DNA from: Fimicolochytrium jonesii
Lineage: Eukaryota
Assembly: GCF_025526975.1 (NCBI RefSeq)
Contig: NW_026515699.1
Location: 310,001 to 340,939 of the forward strand
Length of the DNA stretch: 30,939 nucleotides
Reading direction: 5' to 3'
This document shows positions 1-13,126 of this stretch, piece after piece. Each line of letters opens with the position of its first letter. Within the stretch, counting starts at the first letter, position 1. The notes beneath the pieces are model-generated. The model made no database searches. It had not been told where the DNA came from and saw nothing but the letters and a program-made list of their open reading frames with translations. A program made the translations under genes and the position numbers.

Positions 1-3000
1 ACCCAGCTCTTCAAAACCACCTTCGCGCCCACGAAGGAGATCGCCAACGCCAAAGGGGCGTACAAACTCACGCCGGCGCAGGTATCCTCGACGCAAGATA
101 CGCGGCTGCTGATCTTTGCGGCGTGGTTGAAGCGGTTGTTGCCGATATATGATCCGGCCCGGTTTGCGGCGGATTGGTGGGAGGCGTTGATCAGGCCGTT
201 GTTGGTGGCGGGGAGGTGGAGGCCGCTGTTGGATGTGTGTGGGGAGCTTGCGGTCGCGTTGTTGTGTACTGACTCGTGGGTTGCGACGAGCGCGACGGCG
301 GCAGCGGGGAATGGGGGATCGCAGACGAACCTGCTGGCGGGGAACGTGACGGCCGCGGGCCAGTTCAGGCGCTCGGTGGCGTGGACCTATTTTGCTGAAC
401 GGCATGCGTTCTGGGAGAAGGATAGCATTGCGACCACGCCTAAATCGGGGGGAAGTTCACCGGGTCGGGGAGCATCGACAACCATCGAACAGTCCAACGT
501 CCCAACAACCACACGCCGCGTAGGCGCCTTCTGGGACTCCACCTCCTGTCTCAACTTTGAGAAGATCCTCATCTCGCTCGCAATCTCAAAACCCAAAGAA
601 TTCTTTGACATCCTCAACGAGTTTGCGCTCATGAAGGAGTACCGCCTGCACCTGCTCGTCTTCCTCGCCAAGCTGATCAGACGCGAGGAGGCGCCCTGCT
701 ACTATATCATCGACACCCCGCTGTTTGCCACGTTACTCGCGAGCGCGGGGAGGGATACCAACCCGGCGATTTTGACCTCTACGTTGAGTGTGCTTACGGC
801 CCTGCTGCCGGTTGTGGCGACGCGATTGGCGGAGTATCTGGATGAGCTCATGGCGGGATTGGTGAGGGTGGTGAAGTGGGAAGCGGTGTTCGTGGGCGTT
901 TTCAAAGGGGCTGAGGATGAGAGCAAACAAGGGCTGGAGCAAAACAACCCTGGTGGAGGAAGTGAGGGGTCCCGCGGCGCAGGTAAAGCGGAGGGAGACT
1001 TTGCGTTTGTATCTATCTCTATCCATGAACATGGCACTCAGCTGTGTTGATGATCAACAGGAGCCTCCACCCGCGCCAAATCGATCCTCACCGACTACAC
1101 CCTCGCCGCGGTGCACCAAGCCATCGAGAACTACTACACACTCCTGTACGGCATGTTCCCCTGTACCACCGTCGCCGCCGTGCGTTCAGTACTGACGAAG
1201 GACGAGTCGTCACCGCCATCGGTGAAGACAGGCAACAGTCTGCCGATGTTTGAGATCGCGGACGATCCGCTGGCGCAGCTGACGGAACGCTTGTTGGATG
1301 CGGATGATTGGGAGTTGGAGAAGGTTGTGGGGGGGCGGTTTAGGGTGAGTTCTTGGTTTGGAGTTACAATCAACCCCCTTATCCACCCTGACTGACACAA
1401 TCGCATTTATCAGAAACTCGTCGAAGCCCACAAACTCCACCCAAATCTTATCCTCTCGACTCCAGCAGACGAACGCAACACAATTCGTAACATCCAGAAA
1501 CCGCCGTCCGAAATCGTCGTGGAAAGCTTGGAGCTGCGTGTACCGGCCATCTCCCCACTCCTCGCTTCGCATCAGCAAAGGCCCTTGGTGCAGGGTCTAA
1601 AAGAGGAACAGACAGCACAGCACGACACCCCACTTGCGTCCCTGACCGCATTCACAATCCTCGACAACCAGCTCGCCGTCGCGCCCCGCCTCTTCCCGGC
1701 CACCGAGGGGGATAACCGCGACTCCTCGCCAAGGGACACGCGGGCTGTAGGCGGGAAGAATAACCCCGTATCCCCGCTCGTGGTGTCGCCGCTTGCCGCT
1801 GATGCGAAGAGTGTGGGTTCTGTGAGAAGCGAGCATGATCCGGTTGTTGCTGCTGTGGCTGTATCGGAGCCGGCGGTGGTGTCAACACAGACTGATGGTG
1901 TGGCAGTCAATGCGAGCAAATCGGTCGATTTCGATCTGGACCTTATCTTGCAGATGAACAGGGCGTTGCGCGTATCTGTTCTGGGGATCAAGGAAAGTTT
2001 CGGTTACGAGGCCGTCAAATCGCCGCATGCACACGGTGGGAACAACGCGGATAGTCAGACGCAGCAGGATCTGGACGTGCTCCGCCTGCAGCTGATGATG
2101 CTGCTCAACGAGGTCAATTTCCAAGCCTACATGCGCTGGCACCATCTGCAGTATATCCGCAAACTGAAGAAGGACCGGATGATGGAGGAGTTGAAGGATG
2201 CGGATCGGCAGAGTGTGGTGGGTGAAGATACCTTTTCTTTCACCATCTCATTTTCGTTCTGACTTACGGCCTTTCTTTTTTTTTTCCTCCAGTTCGAAAC
2301 CCTCAAACAACGCCAAAGCGAATTACACACCCTCCACGAAACGCTCACCCGTCTCCGCGCCGAATCCGCATCCCTCCGCGACCGCTCCCGGCGTCACGAA
2401 GACGACCTGACCAAACGGATCCGCAGCTACCAATTCGAAGCCGAAACCCTCACATCACAGAACAACGCGTTAAGGGAACGCGTCGACATGCTCACGCGGG
2501 ATCTGCGGGATGCGACGCGGAAGACGGACGAAGATGTGGAGAAGATCTTTGCGTTGCAGACCGAGTTGGAGGTGCTTCGGCCGGAGATGGAGAGGTTGCG
2601 GGAGTGTGAGGGGGTCATTGAACGGTTGTCGAGGGGGGTTGTTGAGAGGGGCACGACGAACTCTGGGCGGATGGGGGTTAGCGGTATCACCGCTGGTATC
2701 GCCGGCACTCGCGCCTCGACATCCATATCAGACCCCGCCAAACTGTCCTCCAGCAGCACGGAAACGCAGTTCCTCCTCGACCGCATCCTCTCCCTCGAAC
2801 TCTCCCTCGCCGACCTCGAAAACGCGCACACGGCGCTGACCCAACAACACACCGTCCTCTCCACGGACCACACATCCCTGCAGATACGTGCGCAGCGATT
2901 GGAAAGCGTGAACGAACGATTGGAGAAGGATGCGGCGGAACATGCCCGGGTTGTGGAGGGGTTGGTTAGTAAAGGGGCCGAAAGGGTGAGGTGTGTTGAG

Positions 3001-3168
3001 GAGAAGTATCGGACTGTTAGGAGGTGTTGTGTGAGGTTGGAGGCTGTTGTGGAGGAGTTGAAGGGGAGGGTGGGTCGGGGAGAGAATGGGCAGGGGGATA
3101 GGAAAGAGGGGCATGGGGAGGGGGAGGAGGAGGAGGTGGGGGAGGTAAGGATTGGGAGGTATACTTGA
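1..3168 (+). CDS. TSC1: Hamartin/TSC1 homolog, 5'-partial. Exons <1-982, 1061-1344, 1414-2217, 2293-3168
   Basis: Frame 1 is open from base 1. GT-AG introns 983-1060, 1345-1413 and 2218-2292 join the ORFs in frame. Hamartin-type motifs YYTLLYGMFPC and KLVEAHKLHPNLI, the segment LQLMMLLNEVNFQAYMRWHHLQYIRKL, and a long C-terminal coiled coil. Confidence 0.88.
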
Positions 3169-3857
3169 GCGGAGTTGGTTGATATCGAGCGGTGTCTTGA
3201 GTGAACGGCGTTGGGCGTGCGTTTGCTTCAGTCTTCTTTGAGGCTCTTTTGTTCTCGTTTAGCAAACCTTCGTATGTACGATGCTTATATCCTGTAGATA
3301 CCCAAATCACATATGTGTGGTACTGTAGCACCATCCTTTATGCCCGGAGTAGGTTGAACGCGAGCGCTTCGACGGGATGCCTGTTCAAACTGTTTTCCTT
3401 TTTTTTTGCATGAGCGTGCAATCACGTGAGCGTCCGATCCTTCTAAGTGGTCGGATTCGCATGCGTCATCATCGCTCGAAACCGCCTCTCTCTCTCTCTG
3501 TCTGTCTCTTTCCTCTGCTCAACAAGGCTCTGGGGCTTGCCAACAGCGCAAAGTCGCAACGGGACGTTCCCACGCAACTTCCGTGACTTCCGAAAGCCTC
3601 CAAGCCCTTCTCCTAGAGGCTCATACTCATAAAGTCCCTTTCCATTACATCGACTCCGATCTCCATATTGTTGCTGGCACCATTCTGTTAAGCTCAAACT
3701 TGTCGCCTTTTCCCGCCAATTCCATAGAGCCACGTGGCCGTCGCTAAGGACATCCCTCACTCACATTCACATTGGGATAGGAGGAGCAAAGTCTAGCCGA
3801 GCGTCTATAGCTAGATCACCTACCCCATTTGACCGATACACATAGCCTCAGGATATC

Positions 3858-6737
3858 ATGGGTTCAAACTCCATGTTTGACGACGATGCTTGGGCTCCGC
3901 CGCCCCCGCCCGTGGGCGAGGATAAGCTTTGGCGGGAGGTTGAGTTGGAGAAGGAATGGTCTGAAAAAGCGAAAGGTAAGTGGATAGGACAACTGCATAC
4001 CTGCGTCACACTCCGGAGCCATACTTGACCTTCCTGGCCTCATTCCAGACATGTCCGTCCCATCACTATCCGGCATGCGCAAACCCAGTTTTGGAGCCAT
4101 ATCGCCCTCCCTATTGCAACGGCAGGACTCGACGTTCGAGAAACGGGTAGACCCATGGGGCCGGTCGTACGTCCTCGGCGGCCGGCCAGGGTATAGGCGG
4201 AATACTTCCGAGAGCACGACCGGCGATCTTTTTGGGACGAATGCGCCGCCAGCTGATATGAATGAGCAGTTGGCTGGGTTCGAGCAGGAGCCGTTTGAGG
4301 ACTCGGATGAGGAAGGGGAAGCCAATTTGGAGCTGGAGGGGGGGTTGCATGAGGAACCTTTCTCTGATGATAGGTGGGTGGGTGGTGGCCATTCTCCAAG
4401 GTTGTTGATTCATTCCTTTTGCTTATGAGTGACATCTTCTTGGTTTGCAGTGACTCGGCGCACCCACCACAAGAAAACGGTCGGGATAGATCGATTTCCC
4501 CACGACGGTTAACAAAACGAAGATCCTCCATTCTGTCAATCCGAAGTTTACCTAGAGTCATGCACCACGAGAATAATGATAGCGATAACGAGCAGCAACT
4601 GGACTCATATCCATTTCCCCAAAACAACAACTATGCCCGTCAACAAGGCTCACCCACACCATCACTTGTCAAAAAACGATCATCACAAATGCAGCTCCGA
4701 CGGAAAGCCAGCGCCGCAAGCGACATGCTAGTAAACTCAACGCATTCCTCCTCCTCCACACTAGTTGAAAGCCGATCGAACGGCGCCTCCTCAATGAAGG
4801 TTCTGGCGGACGTCGTCAGCGGGGGCGAGGAGTCTGAATTGGACGAGGAGCTGTCTACCGACAACTCGATCACATTCTACCAAGGCTTTCGGGCACTGCA
4901 CCCGAAGATGGCGAGCACGGCGTCTCTGAACTCCCCGCACAAGCTGGGGCTGAACCTTGGCAATTCTAGCCAAGTAAGCATAATAACATCGTTCCAGCCA
5001 CCCACACCACGCGGCGGGAAGGAGTTACCGACAAAAGCTCGGTTACACGCCGCATCGATCAACAACATCGCCCGACTCTTCTCTGAGTTGTTGAACGAGC
5101 GCGACACGGTGCTGGCCGAGAGCGATAAGCTGGAAAACACCCGCGTGGCGCTGTCGGATGAGCTCCGACAGGTGGAGGATCTGTTAACCGATCTGGGTCG
5201 ACGGAAGCAGGATCTGACCGCGAAACTGAAGCGGGTGGTCGCGAAAGAAGAGAAGGTCAACGTGCTGTTGGACGAGCTGGACAGCAAGATTGGATCCATC
5301 GGCGACGAATCGCAGTCGTTTGAGCGGACGATCCGGAAACTGAAGGGCCACTCGGCGGCGATCACAGCTGATATTGACGTTGATGAGGATGATGTGCCGG
5401 AGATTCCGCCAAACACGTGCTTCAGGACGCTGTATGGCCACACGGACAGCGTGGAGTGTTTGGATTTTGATATGCCGTTTGGGACCCTGGTGACGGGGAG
5501 CGCGGATAAGACGATTAGGGTTTGGGATTTGAGTAGTCATCGGTGCGCTGCTTCCTTGTCTGGACATACAGGTAAACCTCGATTCGAAGAAGCGCCACCG
5601 GTCAAAGGTGGGATAGATACTGACCTTCCAACACCTCTCTCACCACAGGATGGGTCCGAGCACTCCAACTAAAAGGCCAAACCCTCATGACCGGCTCGGG
5701 CGACCACACCATCCGCCAATGGAACCTCTCCAACCTCCCCCCTCTCCCCTCCACCAACCCCGCCCACCCCTCAAACATCCCGCCCTCAACCCCCTACTAC
5801 ACCCCGGTAGCCAACGAAGACATCTCCGTACACACCTACAAAGGCCACACCGGCGGCGTCGGCTGCCTGATGTTCGACGACTCGTGGCTCGTCTCTGGCT
5901 CAGCCGACAAGACTATCCGACAGTGGGACCGCGAAACGGGGGCTGAGGTCGCTGTACTTCGATCCGAACGATGGGTCGACCAGGACGGGATGGACCGCGC
6001 TGACCGGCTCCTCCTCGGCGAGTTCCCACCGCCAGCAACCTCCGTCGTCGCCCCACCCACGGACCTCATCCGCACAAACACCTCCTCAGTCCTCCCCCCG
6101 CGCGCCGGGTTCACACTCTACAACGTCGGCGGGCACGTCGGCGCGCTGCAGTTCTGGAGACATGCGCTTGCTGCTGGGTACGGGGACGGGGTGATTAGAC
6201 TGTGGGATCTGCGGACGGGGAAATGTCATCGGGAGCTCCATGGACATACGGGCGCGGTGACGACGTTGAAATTTGATCAGAGTAACGTTGTTAGTGGGAG
6301 TGTTGATCGGACTGTTAAGGTATGTGGTTGGGGTTTTGTTGGTACGTTGGGGTTGGGTATAGGGGATGTGAGATTGATATCTTTATTCTTTGATTTTAGG
6401 TCTGGGATCTCCGCGGAGGCGAAGCCATCGACGATATCCGCTTCCAGGGCGGCGTCATTGATCTGCACCATGATATGTTTAGGTTGACTGTGGCTGCTGG
6501 GTCGAGTAACGTCAAGGTAAAGAATTCGAGATTGAGGCCTAGCGAGTTCACGCATCCCGGCTTCAGATCACACTTCTTATGACAACTTATGATTATTGCT
6601 TTCAGATATACAACCGAACAACATCCGCCATCAAGATCCTCGAAGGGCACACCAAACCGGTGCGCGCGTTGCGGCATATGGACGATACGTTGATTTCGGG
6701 AGGGATGGATACGACTGTGCGCTTGTGGCGGATCTAA
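3858..6737 (+). CDS. MDV1: Mdv1/Caf4-like mitochondrial fission adaptor (low-complexity N-terminus, coiled coil, WD40 propeller). Exons 3858-3975, 4049-4373, 4451-5571, 5649-6319, 6400-6516, 6606-6737
   Basis: Five GT-AG introns give one continuous frame. A heptad coiled coil (about 5070-5345) is followed by WD40 repeats: GHTDSVECLDFDMPFGTLVTGSADKTIRVWDL, GHTGWVRALQ, LVSGSADKTIRQWD, LAAGYGDGVIRLWDLRTG, GHTGAVTTLKFD. The 'LDFDxPFGTLVT' and 'DKTIRQWD' motifs are typical of Mdv1/Caf4. Confidence 0.8.
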
Positions 6738-7661
6738 ATGAATGTCGTCAGACGTTTCAATGACGAGTCGAGAGACCGGTTGAGGAGACTTCAAGTCACA
6801 CACACTTGCACACCACGAAGCGCGCTCATATACAGTACATAACCTGCGACGTAACTGGAACACATGGAAAATATGCATGCCTCTTATAGTTGGATGTGGG
6901 GGGCCGGGTTGGAGGATGATCTTCTTTTCTATGTACATACTGGTGGGTGGGGGGGCGGTCCCACGGGAGATTTGGTCTGCTCTGATGTGAGGAGGCGTAA
7001 TGACATACACTCAGAGGTTGGTGGATTTCCACGTCGGTCTTGACTCTTGAGACGTTGTTATGGATGCGCTCGCAACAAGCCTCCCACCCCCTCGCTCTGG
7101 GAGGGGAGTAGACTGGATTACCGTGTAGTCCATAGCTTATGTGTGATATATAGTTAGCGAGCGAGCGGCTCTCATTTTGCATCGTATGTACGGAGAATAT
7201 GACGACGTACGACATGGGTTACGCTCAGCATGAAGCAGGAGCCGTGGGCAAGCGTGCTCGGGAGTCGGGAGTGTGAGGGAGTAAACGTAATCAGCCAACG
7301 CGACAGACTCGCCCACAACCTTCCCGCTGTTTCCGCTTTCCGCCATCCCACATAAAAAAGCCCCTGAGCTGAGAGCTCACACTGCCCACCCCAGGCCCGT
7401 ATCACAAACTTGAGAGTCTCGCCTACGAACGATAAGAATACCGGCTGCCGATAGACTGGAGAAACCGGCGAACCAAAACTGGTCTTATCCGCAGTCAAAA
7501 CGCTTTGTGCCATTCTCGCCATTCCCAACTCCCTCTCGGGAATACCCCCTCACACATCGTCAACCCCGACCCCAAAGTCTTCCAAGACCGACTGACTGAC
7601 AAGGGATAAGGACCAACCCCCCCCCCCCCCCCAACAAAAATCAACCCTCTCGACCAACCGA

Positions 7662-8590
7662 ATGGTCATTCGCACCTCAAAAAAACACACCACCAACAAA
7701 TCCTCCCGTTCCGACTTTGACGACTCTGAGCTCCACGACAGCGCAACTATGCCCGCAGCATCCACAACAAGTCTCAGCCGCCTCCTCATCGTAGGCCTAG
7801 GCAACCACAGCCTCCCCTTGACCCGCCACAATGTCGGGATGATGGCGCTGGACTACAGCGTCAAGCAATTGGGGGCGAGCGTGTGGAAGCTGGAGAAGGG
7901 TGTGGGTGGGTTTGTTGCTGAGATGCCAGGGCAGAGGAGGGTGGTGTTCTACAAGGCGAAGGGGTACATGAATACGTGTGGGGGGAGTGTTGCGAGGGCT
8001 GGTGCGTGTGACTCGTCTGGGAAAGGGAGGGGAGAACTGTTCTGACCGACGGGGTTTTTGGGGTTTCTTATAGCACGCGAGTATGGCGTCGCACCGGAAG
8101 ATGTGGTTGTGCTGCAGGATGATTTGGAGAGGAAGGTTGGCGCGGTGTCGATCAAGAATGCCGGGAGTGCTGGGTAAGCTTGCCCCGTCTTCCATATCCT
8201 TTGTGTGAAATAGTTGCTGCCCCCCCGAGTTTACACATTGTTCCCCTTCTCGTAGCGGTCATAACGGCACGAAATCAATCATAGCCTCGCTCCGCACAGA
8301 CGTAAGTGCCCTCCCATGACCCCCCCCCCCCCCCCACTTCCCCGCACCCCCATTAGGTTTCGCTCACCGACTCATCTCCCGCCCTCACACAGAAATTCCG
8401 CCGCATCCGAATCGGCATCGGCCGCCCCGCCACCAAATCACAGTCCGAGGTCGGCGACTATGTTCTGACAAAGTTTGGCGAGAGCGAGATGGAAGTGTTG
8501 CGCGAGGAGGCGTTTCCGGGGGTGTTGAAGGTGTTGGTGGGGATGATTGATGGGGGTGGGGGTGGGAAGGACGTGGCCCCGTCGGCGTAG
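7662..8590 (+). CDS. PTH1: Peptidyl-tRNA hydrolase (bacterial-type Pth, probably mitochondrial). Exons 7662 (or 7749)-8001, 8074-8173, 8256-8301, 8393-8590
   Basis: After splicing three GT-AG introns the motifs LIVGLGN, TRHNVG, YMN, VLQDDLE, GSAGGHNG and FRRIRIGIGRP..V.DYVL..F appear in the canonical Pth order. The start codon is ambiguous. Confidence 0.92.
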
Positions 8591-9805
8591 TGAGTGGGGG
8601 AGATGGGAGAGAAGGGGGAAATACAGGCGCAGATGTAGAGGTTGGATAGAGCCATCTTTCTTGGACGTAACTTATGGAATTTTGGATAGAGTAGACGTTT
8701 GTTGAATGATAGGCAGACTGAAGACCATTCTGGCCGTGGTGCATTCAGAAAGGTCCGTCCGGCGGCTGATGAGCAACACATCCGTCTATGGCGCTAATCG
8801 TAATTGGCTACCATTCGACATCCCTCACCCGACCCTACTCCTATTTATTCCCTCCCCCTGTCTCTCTCCCGGTTGCAATATTCATAGGGAAACGTTGAGC
8901 AATAGGACGGTCGAATCTCGGGACTTGCGTTGGAAAAGGCTGGACAGCAAACTAGTATAGGCACTGATACATTCCCGCGGCGCGGGGGATTCATTTTCCT
9001 GCACCCAAGGCATCGTTCGTTGCTTCACCAAAGTTTGCATCCGCAACGACCCTCGCAAAGCCCGCGCACACACCAGATATCCGCCCCGCCGGTCGCGCAC
9101 AAGAATCTGGACCAAATCGTCTTTCTGTGTTTGAAAGTCAAAGCAAAACGCATCCCCTTCGACGACCAGGATTTAACCCCATCGTCTTCTCTTTACTTGC
9201 GACAGACGTTGAGAGCACGGTTACATTTGGATTGATGACACGAATCTAACAACACCCACAATCAGCCGCTACATCCAATGCTCCTCGCCGAAACCCGTCT
9301 CCGAAACCCGCCACATTGCCGAGTATTGAAGCCATTTCTACGTAGTCGCTCTCATCGCTCAACGAGAGCATACGGGCTCTCATGGCACCGCGGAAAAGCT
9401 TCCGCTCGTTGAACCGTTGTTCCTCACACCTCAATATTGACATGTAAGGCACAAGTTTTTGAGCACATTCCATATTTTTCTTCCTTTATTTTATAGGGTG
9501 CTCGGAAGAGCTTCGGCGTCACCCGGAGGTAGTGCAATACCGGGGACACCAGTGCCAAGGCCGTGAGCAAGCCCACGGTAACTCGGCGAGTTTCAAAAAT
9601 ATGATTGACAAAAATATCCAACATGTGGATAGGTTTAGTTGTCAAACTAAACAGAACAGATACTACACTTGATCTTAGCCAAAAGGCCAGAGAGGATTGG
9701 AGAAAAACGAAAGGGGATGCGGCGACGGGCCGTCCTTTTATAGACGGCGGCGGAGGGGCGAGGTGGGGAAGCCGTGGAAGGTCGGGGAAGGAAGTCACGC
9801 CCAAA

Positions 9806-9909
9806 AGGTGGCACAGTCATGCACTGCGCCCGCAATCCGTGTGACCGCTGTCCGGCCTAGGTGGCACAGTCATGCACTGCGCCCGCAATCCGTGTCACTC
9901 TGTCCGGCC
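9806..9909. repeat. Tandem direct repeat, about 53-bp unit x2
   Basis: aggtggcacagtcatgcactgcgcccgcaatccgtgt...tgtccggcc at 9806-9857 and 9859-9909. The core GCAATCCGTGT recurs at about 9931 and 10082. Confidence 0.9.
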
Positions 9910-10867
9910 AATCGCACCGCGTTGTGGTGAGCAATCCGTGTTACTGTGACGCGTGCCGTGTGTGTTGGGACGCGTGAGAGAAGAGCGTGGCGAAGTTCGA
10001 GTCCGCTCGGCAGCTCCCAGGGTTGGCAGACGCCGTCAACCAACGCAGTGTACATACAGTACTGTACAACTATAGGTGCCCGCAATCCGTGTAAGCTGTC
10101 TTGAGCTCTCGTAAGGATCTGTGAGTCGGTGAGCGGTGAGCCCTGACCGAAAACTGCGAAGCGACAGCGAAACTGTCAACAGGATAGCAGCACCTTCGCT
10201 TGTGTGCTCTGTTGGTGTTTTAGTCAGCATTGAAAGGGAATGCGTCAGGGCGGACGATGCATATGTTGCCCCGTTTCTTGGAATACGGGCGAGAAGAGGG
10301 AAGGGGGTGCTTCACAGATGCTTCTATTCAATCTCCGCATCAAGTCCGCAATCAACAGGATTCTCGAGAAGGAACCTCGACAAGTATCCGCTCGCCGCCG
10401 TTCCGTGCGCAGGGGTGTACACTGTATATGTAGTTGCTATTCTGATCTTCCTAACGTAAAGTCCGAAAATACGACCCAACGTTTGCCAACCGAATTGGTC
10501 GAAAGATGACATACAACCCAGAAGGCGGAAAACGTGTAGAGTATCCGCGGACGGGGAATCCCTCGTCTCTAATCATCCGTCTGTTCATCATCTGCAAAGC
10601 GCACTTGTTGCTTGTGCCGCGTCGAATCTTCATCCACTGTCCAATGGCCATCTCGATGTTGATAGAGTCTTTGTGTGAGCAAAGAGAATGCAGAGTTGGT
10701 GTGGACGTCTTCACACTTGAGCTGCGGGTAAGCACCCGGGCCCAACCAGGCAGCCGGCGTCAGACAGCGGATGTGGGGTTGTCGTTTTCCGTAGTAAGAC
10801 CGCCAACCTTCTACGGAGAGCCATCGAATCCCTCGCTCCATCGCCGCCCCTCCACTTTCCAACCCCT

Positions 10868-12838
10868 CTACCGCTGCCGTCCCCATCCCCATCCCCACCC
10901 CCCTTTTCCCCCGACCCTAACCCACTTCTCAACATGAAACAAATGCCCCCTATTCCTCCTCGCATATAACGAAAACGTCAGACTGGCCGATAAGACCGCC
11001 ACAAACGTCATGATCGCGGGGATGTAGAACTGTTCTGGCCGTGAGAAGACTATCGTTGCTAATGAGGCGAGCAGGTCGAATGTGTTTTGGAGGGATGTTT
11101 GGTGGCCTGAGATTAGGCCGAGGGTCGCTGGTGGGACGCTGTGGGGTGTGCATTGGCTGTCAGTGGTTGACGCAGAGTTGAAAAGGAGAGTGGGGGGGGG
11201 CCGCAAAGTGCTCATACCATTCCTGCAAGATCTGCATCTGGGCCAAATCAAACCCCCACAGCCCAAACCTACTCGCCACGGTGCCCCCCAACAGCATGCC
11301 CGCGCTAACCACCCTCCTCTCCCCACCCACCCCAAAACTCCCCACCGCAACCGCCACACAAGCACACTCGCTCCACACGCTCCACAGCCCCGTTCTCACG
11401 AGTCCGAGATGCACGACCATGGGCTTGATTGCGAATGTGGCGGAGAGGCCTGAGAGCACCGCGAGGAGGCGGATAAGGGCCAGGAAGGGTTGGGTGAAGG
11501 ATTGGGAGAGGAGGTAGGTTATCATGACTGGATTGAGGGAGAGGACGGTGAAGTAGAGCTGGGCGAGGGACAGGGAGGTTAGGAAGGTTGGGTCGTGGGT
11601 GAAGGTGTGCATGGAGGTGCGGAAGTTGTGGAAGCGGGTGCGGTGTGGTGGGGGTGTTGGTGACATGGGGGTTGCTTCTGGCAGGGTCGGTGGTGAGGTA
11701 TCGCCGGGGGAGGTTTCGCCAATGTGAATGTCTTCAGCAGCCCGAGGGCTCTTGGCGACGGCGAGCGCAGGCACGCGATTGTACACGGCGGTGATGAAGA
11801 TCCACTCGACGGGGATGGTAGCGATGCTCATGGCGGCGACGACGAGCATGACGGTTGGAGTCGACGCTTTGATGTTGATTGCTGAGACGACCAGCGGCGC
11901 GAGGAGTTTGCAGAGGAGATCGATGCGGCGGAGATGGCTGTTTAACGCTGGAATGTAAAATGCCAGGATCAGTTCCCCGCTTGACGATGTCCAGGCGACA
12001 ACATCCACTTTCCCATCCACTCACAAGTCAAAACCCCACTCTTCCCCCTTGCCAACACCACCACCCAATCCCTCTCCACAGCGATCGTCGTCCCCACATT
12101 GGCGAGCCTCAACGCGCATCCCAGGACGCACACCGCCGCAAAGCCCACGTACGTCCATGCTACACGCACAATCAGATACTCCGATGTGGCGTACAGCGTC
12201 AGGGCCGTCAGTGCAATCGACAGCTTTTGGGTGATAAGGAAGGCGCGGATACCTGTCAATGTTTTAGACGGGGGGTGTGAGTTGGGGGAGTGTGGATGAT
12301 TTAAGAGCGAGTGGGAAAGATGTCTCACCGACCAGACGGCGGGCGGTATCTACACGCCTCCCGATGCTTGAGCTGAAGATGATGGCTGAGGCCGTTACGA
12401 CGAGTGTGTATAGCGAGACTTGGAGGAGGGTGTCCGGGAAGATGTAGGCTAGGAAAATGGCTGGAGAGCGCACACTGGACATGAGTGAGCGGTTACTTCG
12501 GACCCATGGATGCGTATGTAAAGGGAAGCTACCAACCGGTGGCCCACTCATCCGCCCTCACACTCCACGTCGTGAAGAAGTAGCTCTGGAGAGGCAAAAG
12601 TTCAGGGCGTCCTCTTTCCTCGAACGTGGTCGACTTTGAACACTATAACATATATACATACCAGGCAAAGGAGATAACCAGTCTTCTTCTCGAACGAGTC
12701 GATCAACTGGAAATCATTCTCTTCCTCTGGTGGGCTCTCATGGTCACCTTCCGCTTCTGTTAAAACTGGGAGGTTATGGTTTTGACTCGTGGCGGGAGGT
12801 GTGAAGTTGTCGGCAACGGTGACACTTGTCGTCGACAT
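10868..12838 (-). CDS. SLC40A1: Ferroportin (SLC40/FPN1/IREG family) iron or divalent-metal exporter. Exons 12838-12662, 12585-12537, 12460-12329, 12252-12025, 11947-11218, 11138-10868
   Basis: Five GT-AG introns. Ferroportin motifs SYFFTTWSVRADEWA, IAVERDWVVVL, LNSHLRRIDLLCKLLAP, LYFTVLS, SRFGLWGFDLAQMQILQE, SLQNTFDLL and RRNRGHLFH, with multiple TM helices. Confidence 0.92.
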
Positions 12839-13126
12839 GGCTTTGCTCACTGGACGCAGCACTGCACGGGCAAGCGAGCTGGCAGGACGGGCTTTACCTC
12901 TTGGGTCCCTACAGTTCCACGGCGTAAGAGCAGGGTTGCCCTGTCGCCGTTTCCGCAGGGTGCGCTTTGTCTTTCGTGGCGGAAGAGCGGAACTCTGAGC
13001 GGAACTGGGAAGGGGCGCGTGACGGCCGGCCGGTTGTCCCCCTCCTCGTTTTTCCTCCCTCCTCTCCCTCCTTTTCCCCTCTACATCTTGGACATCTCAG
13101 GCGGGACATAGACCGGCCGCTGAGGA

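Noticed and set aside
4374..6737. F-box/WD40 (Cdc4/Met30) call
   Set aside because: No F-box motif. A coiled coil directly precedes the WD40 repeats, as in Mdv1/Caf4.
6738..7660. Short minus-strand ORFs between MDV1 and PTH1
   Set aside because: No recognisable motifs or splice structure; probably UTR and promoter sequence.
7617..8335. Poly-C runs near 7617-7632 and 8320-8335
   Set aside because: Simple homopolymers in UTR or intron sequence with no further support for function.
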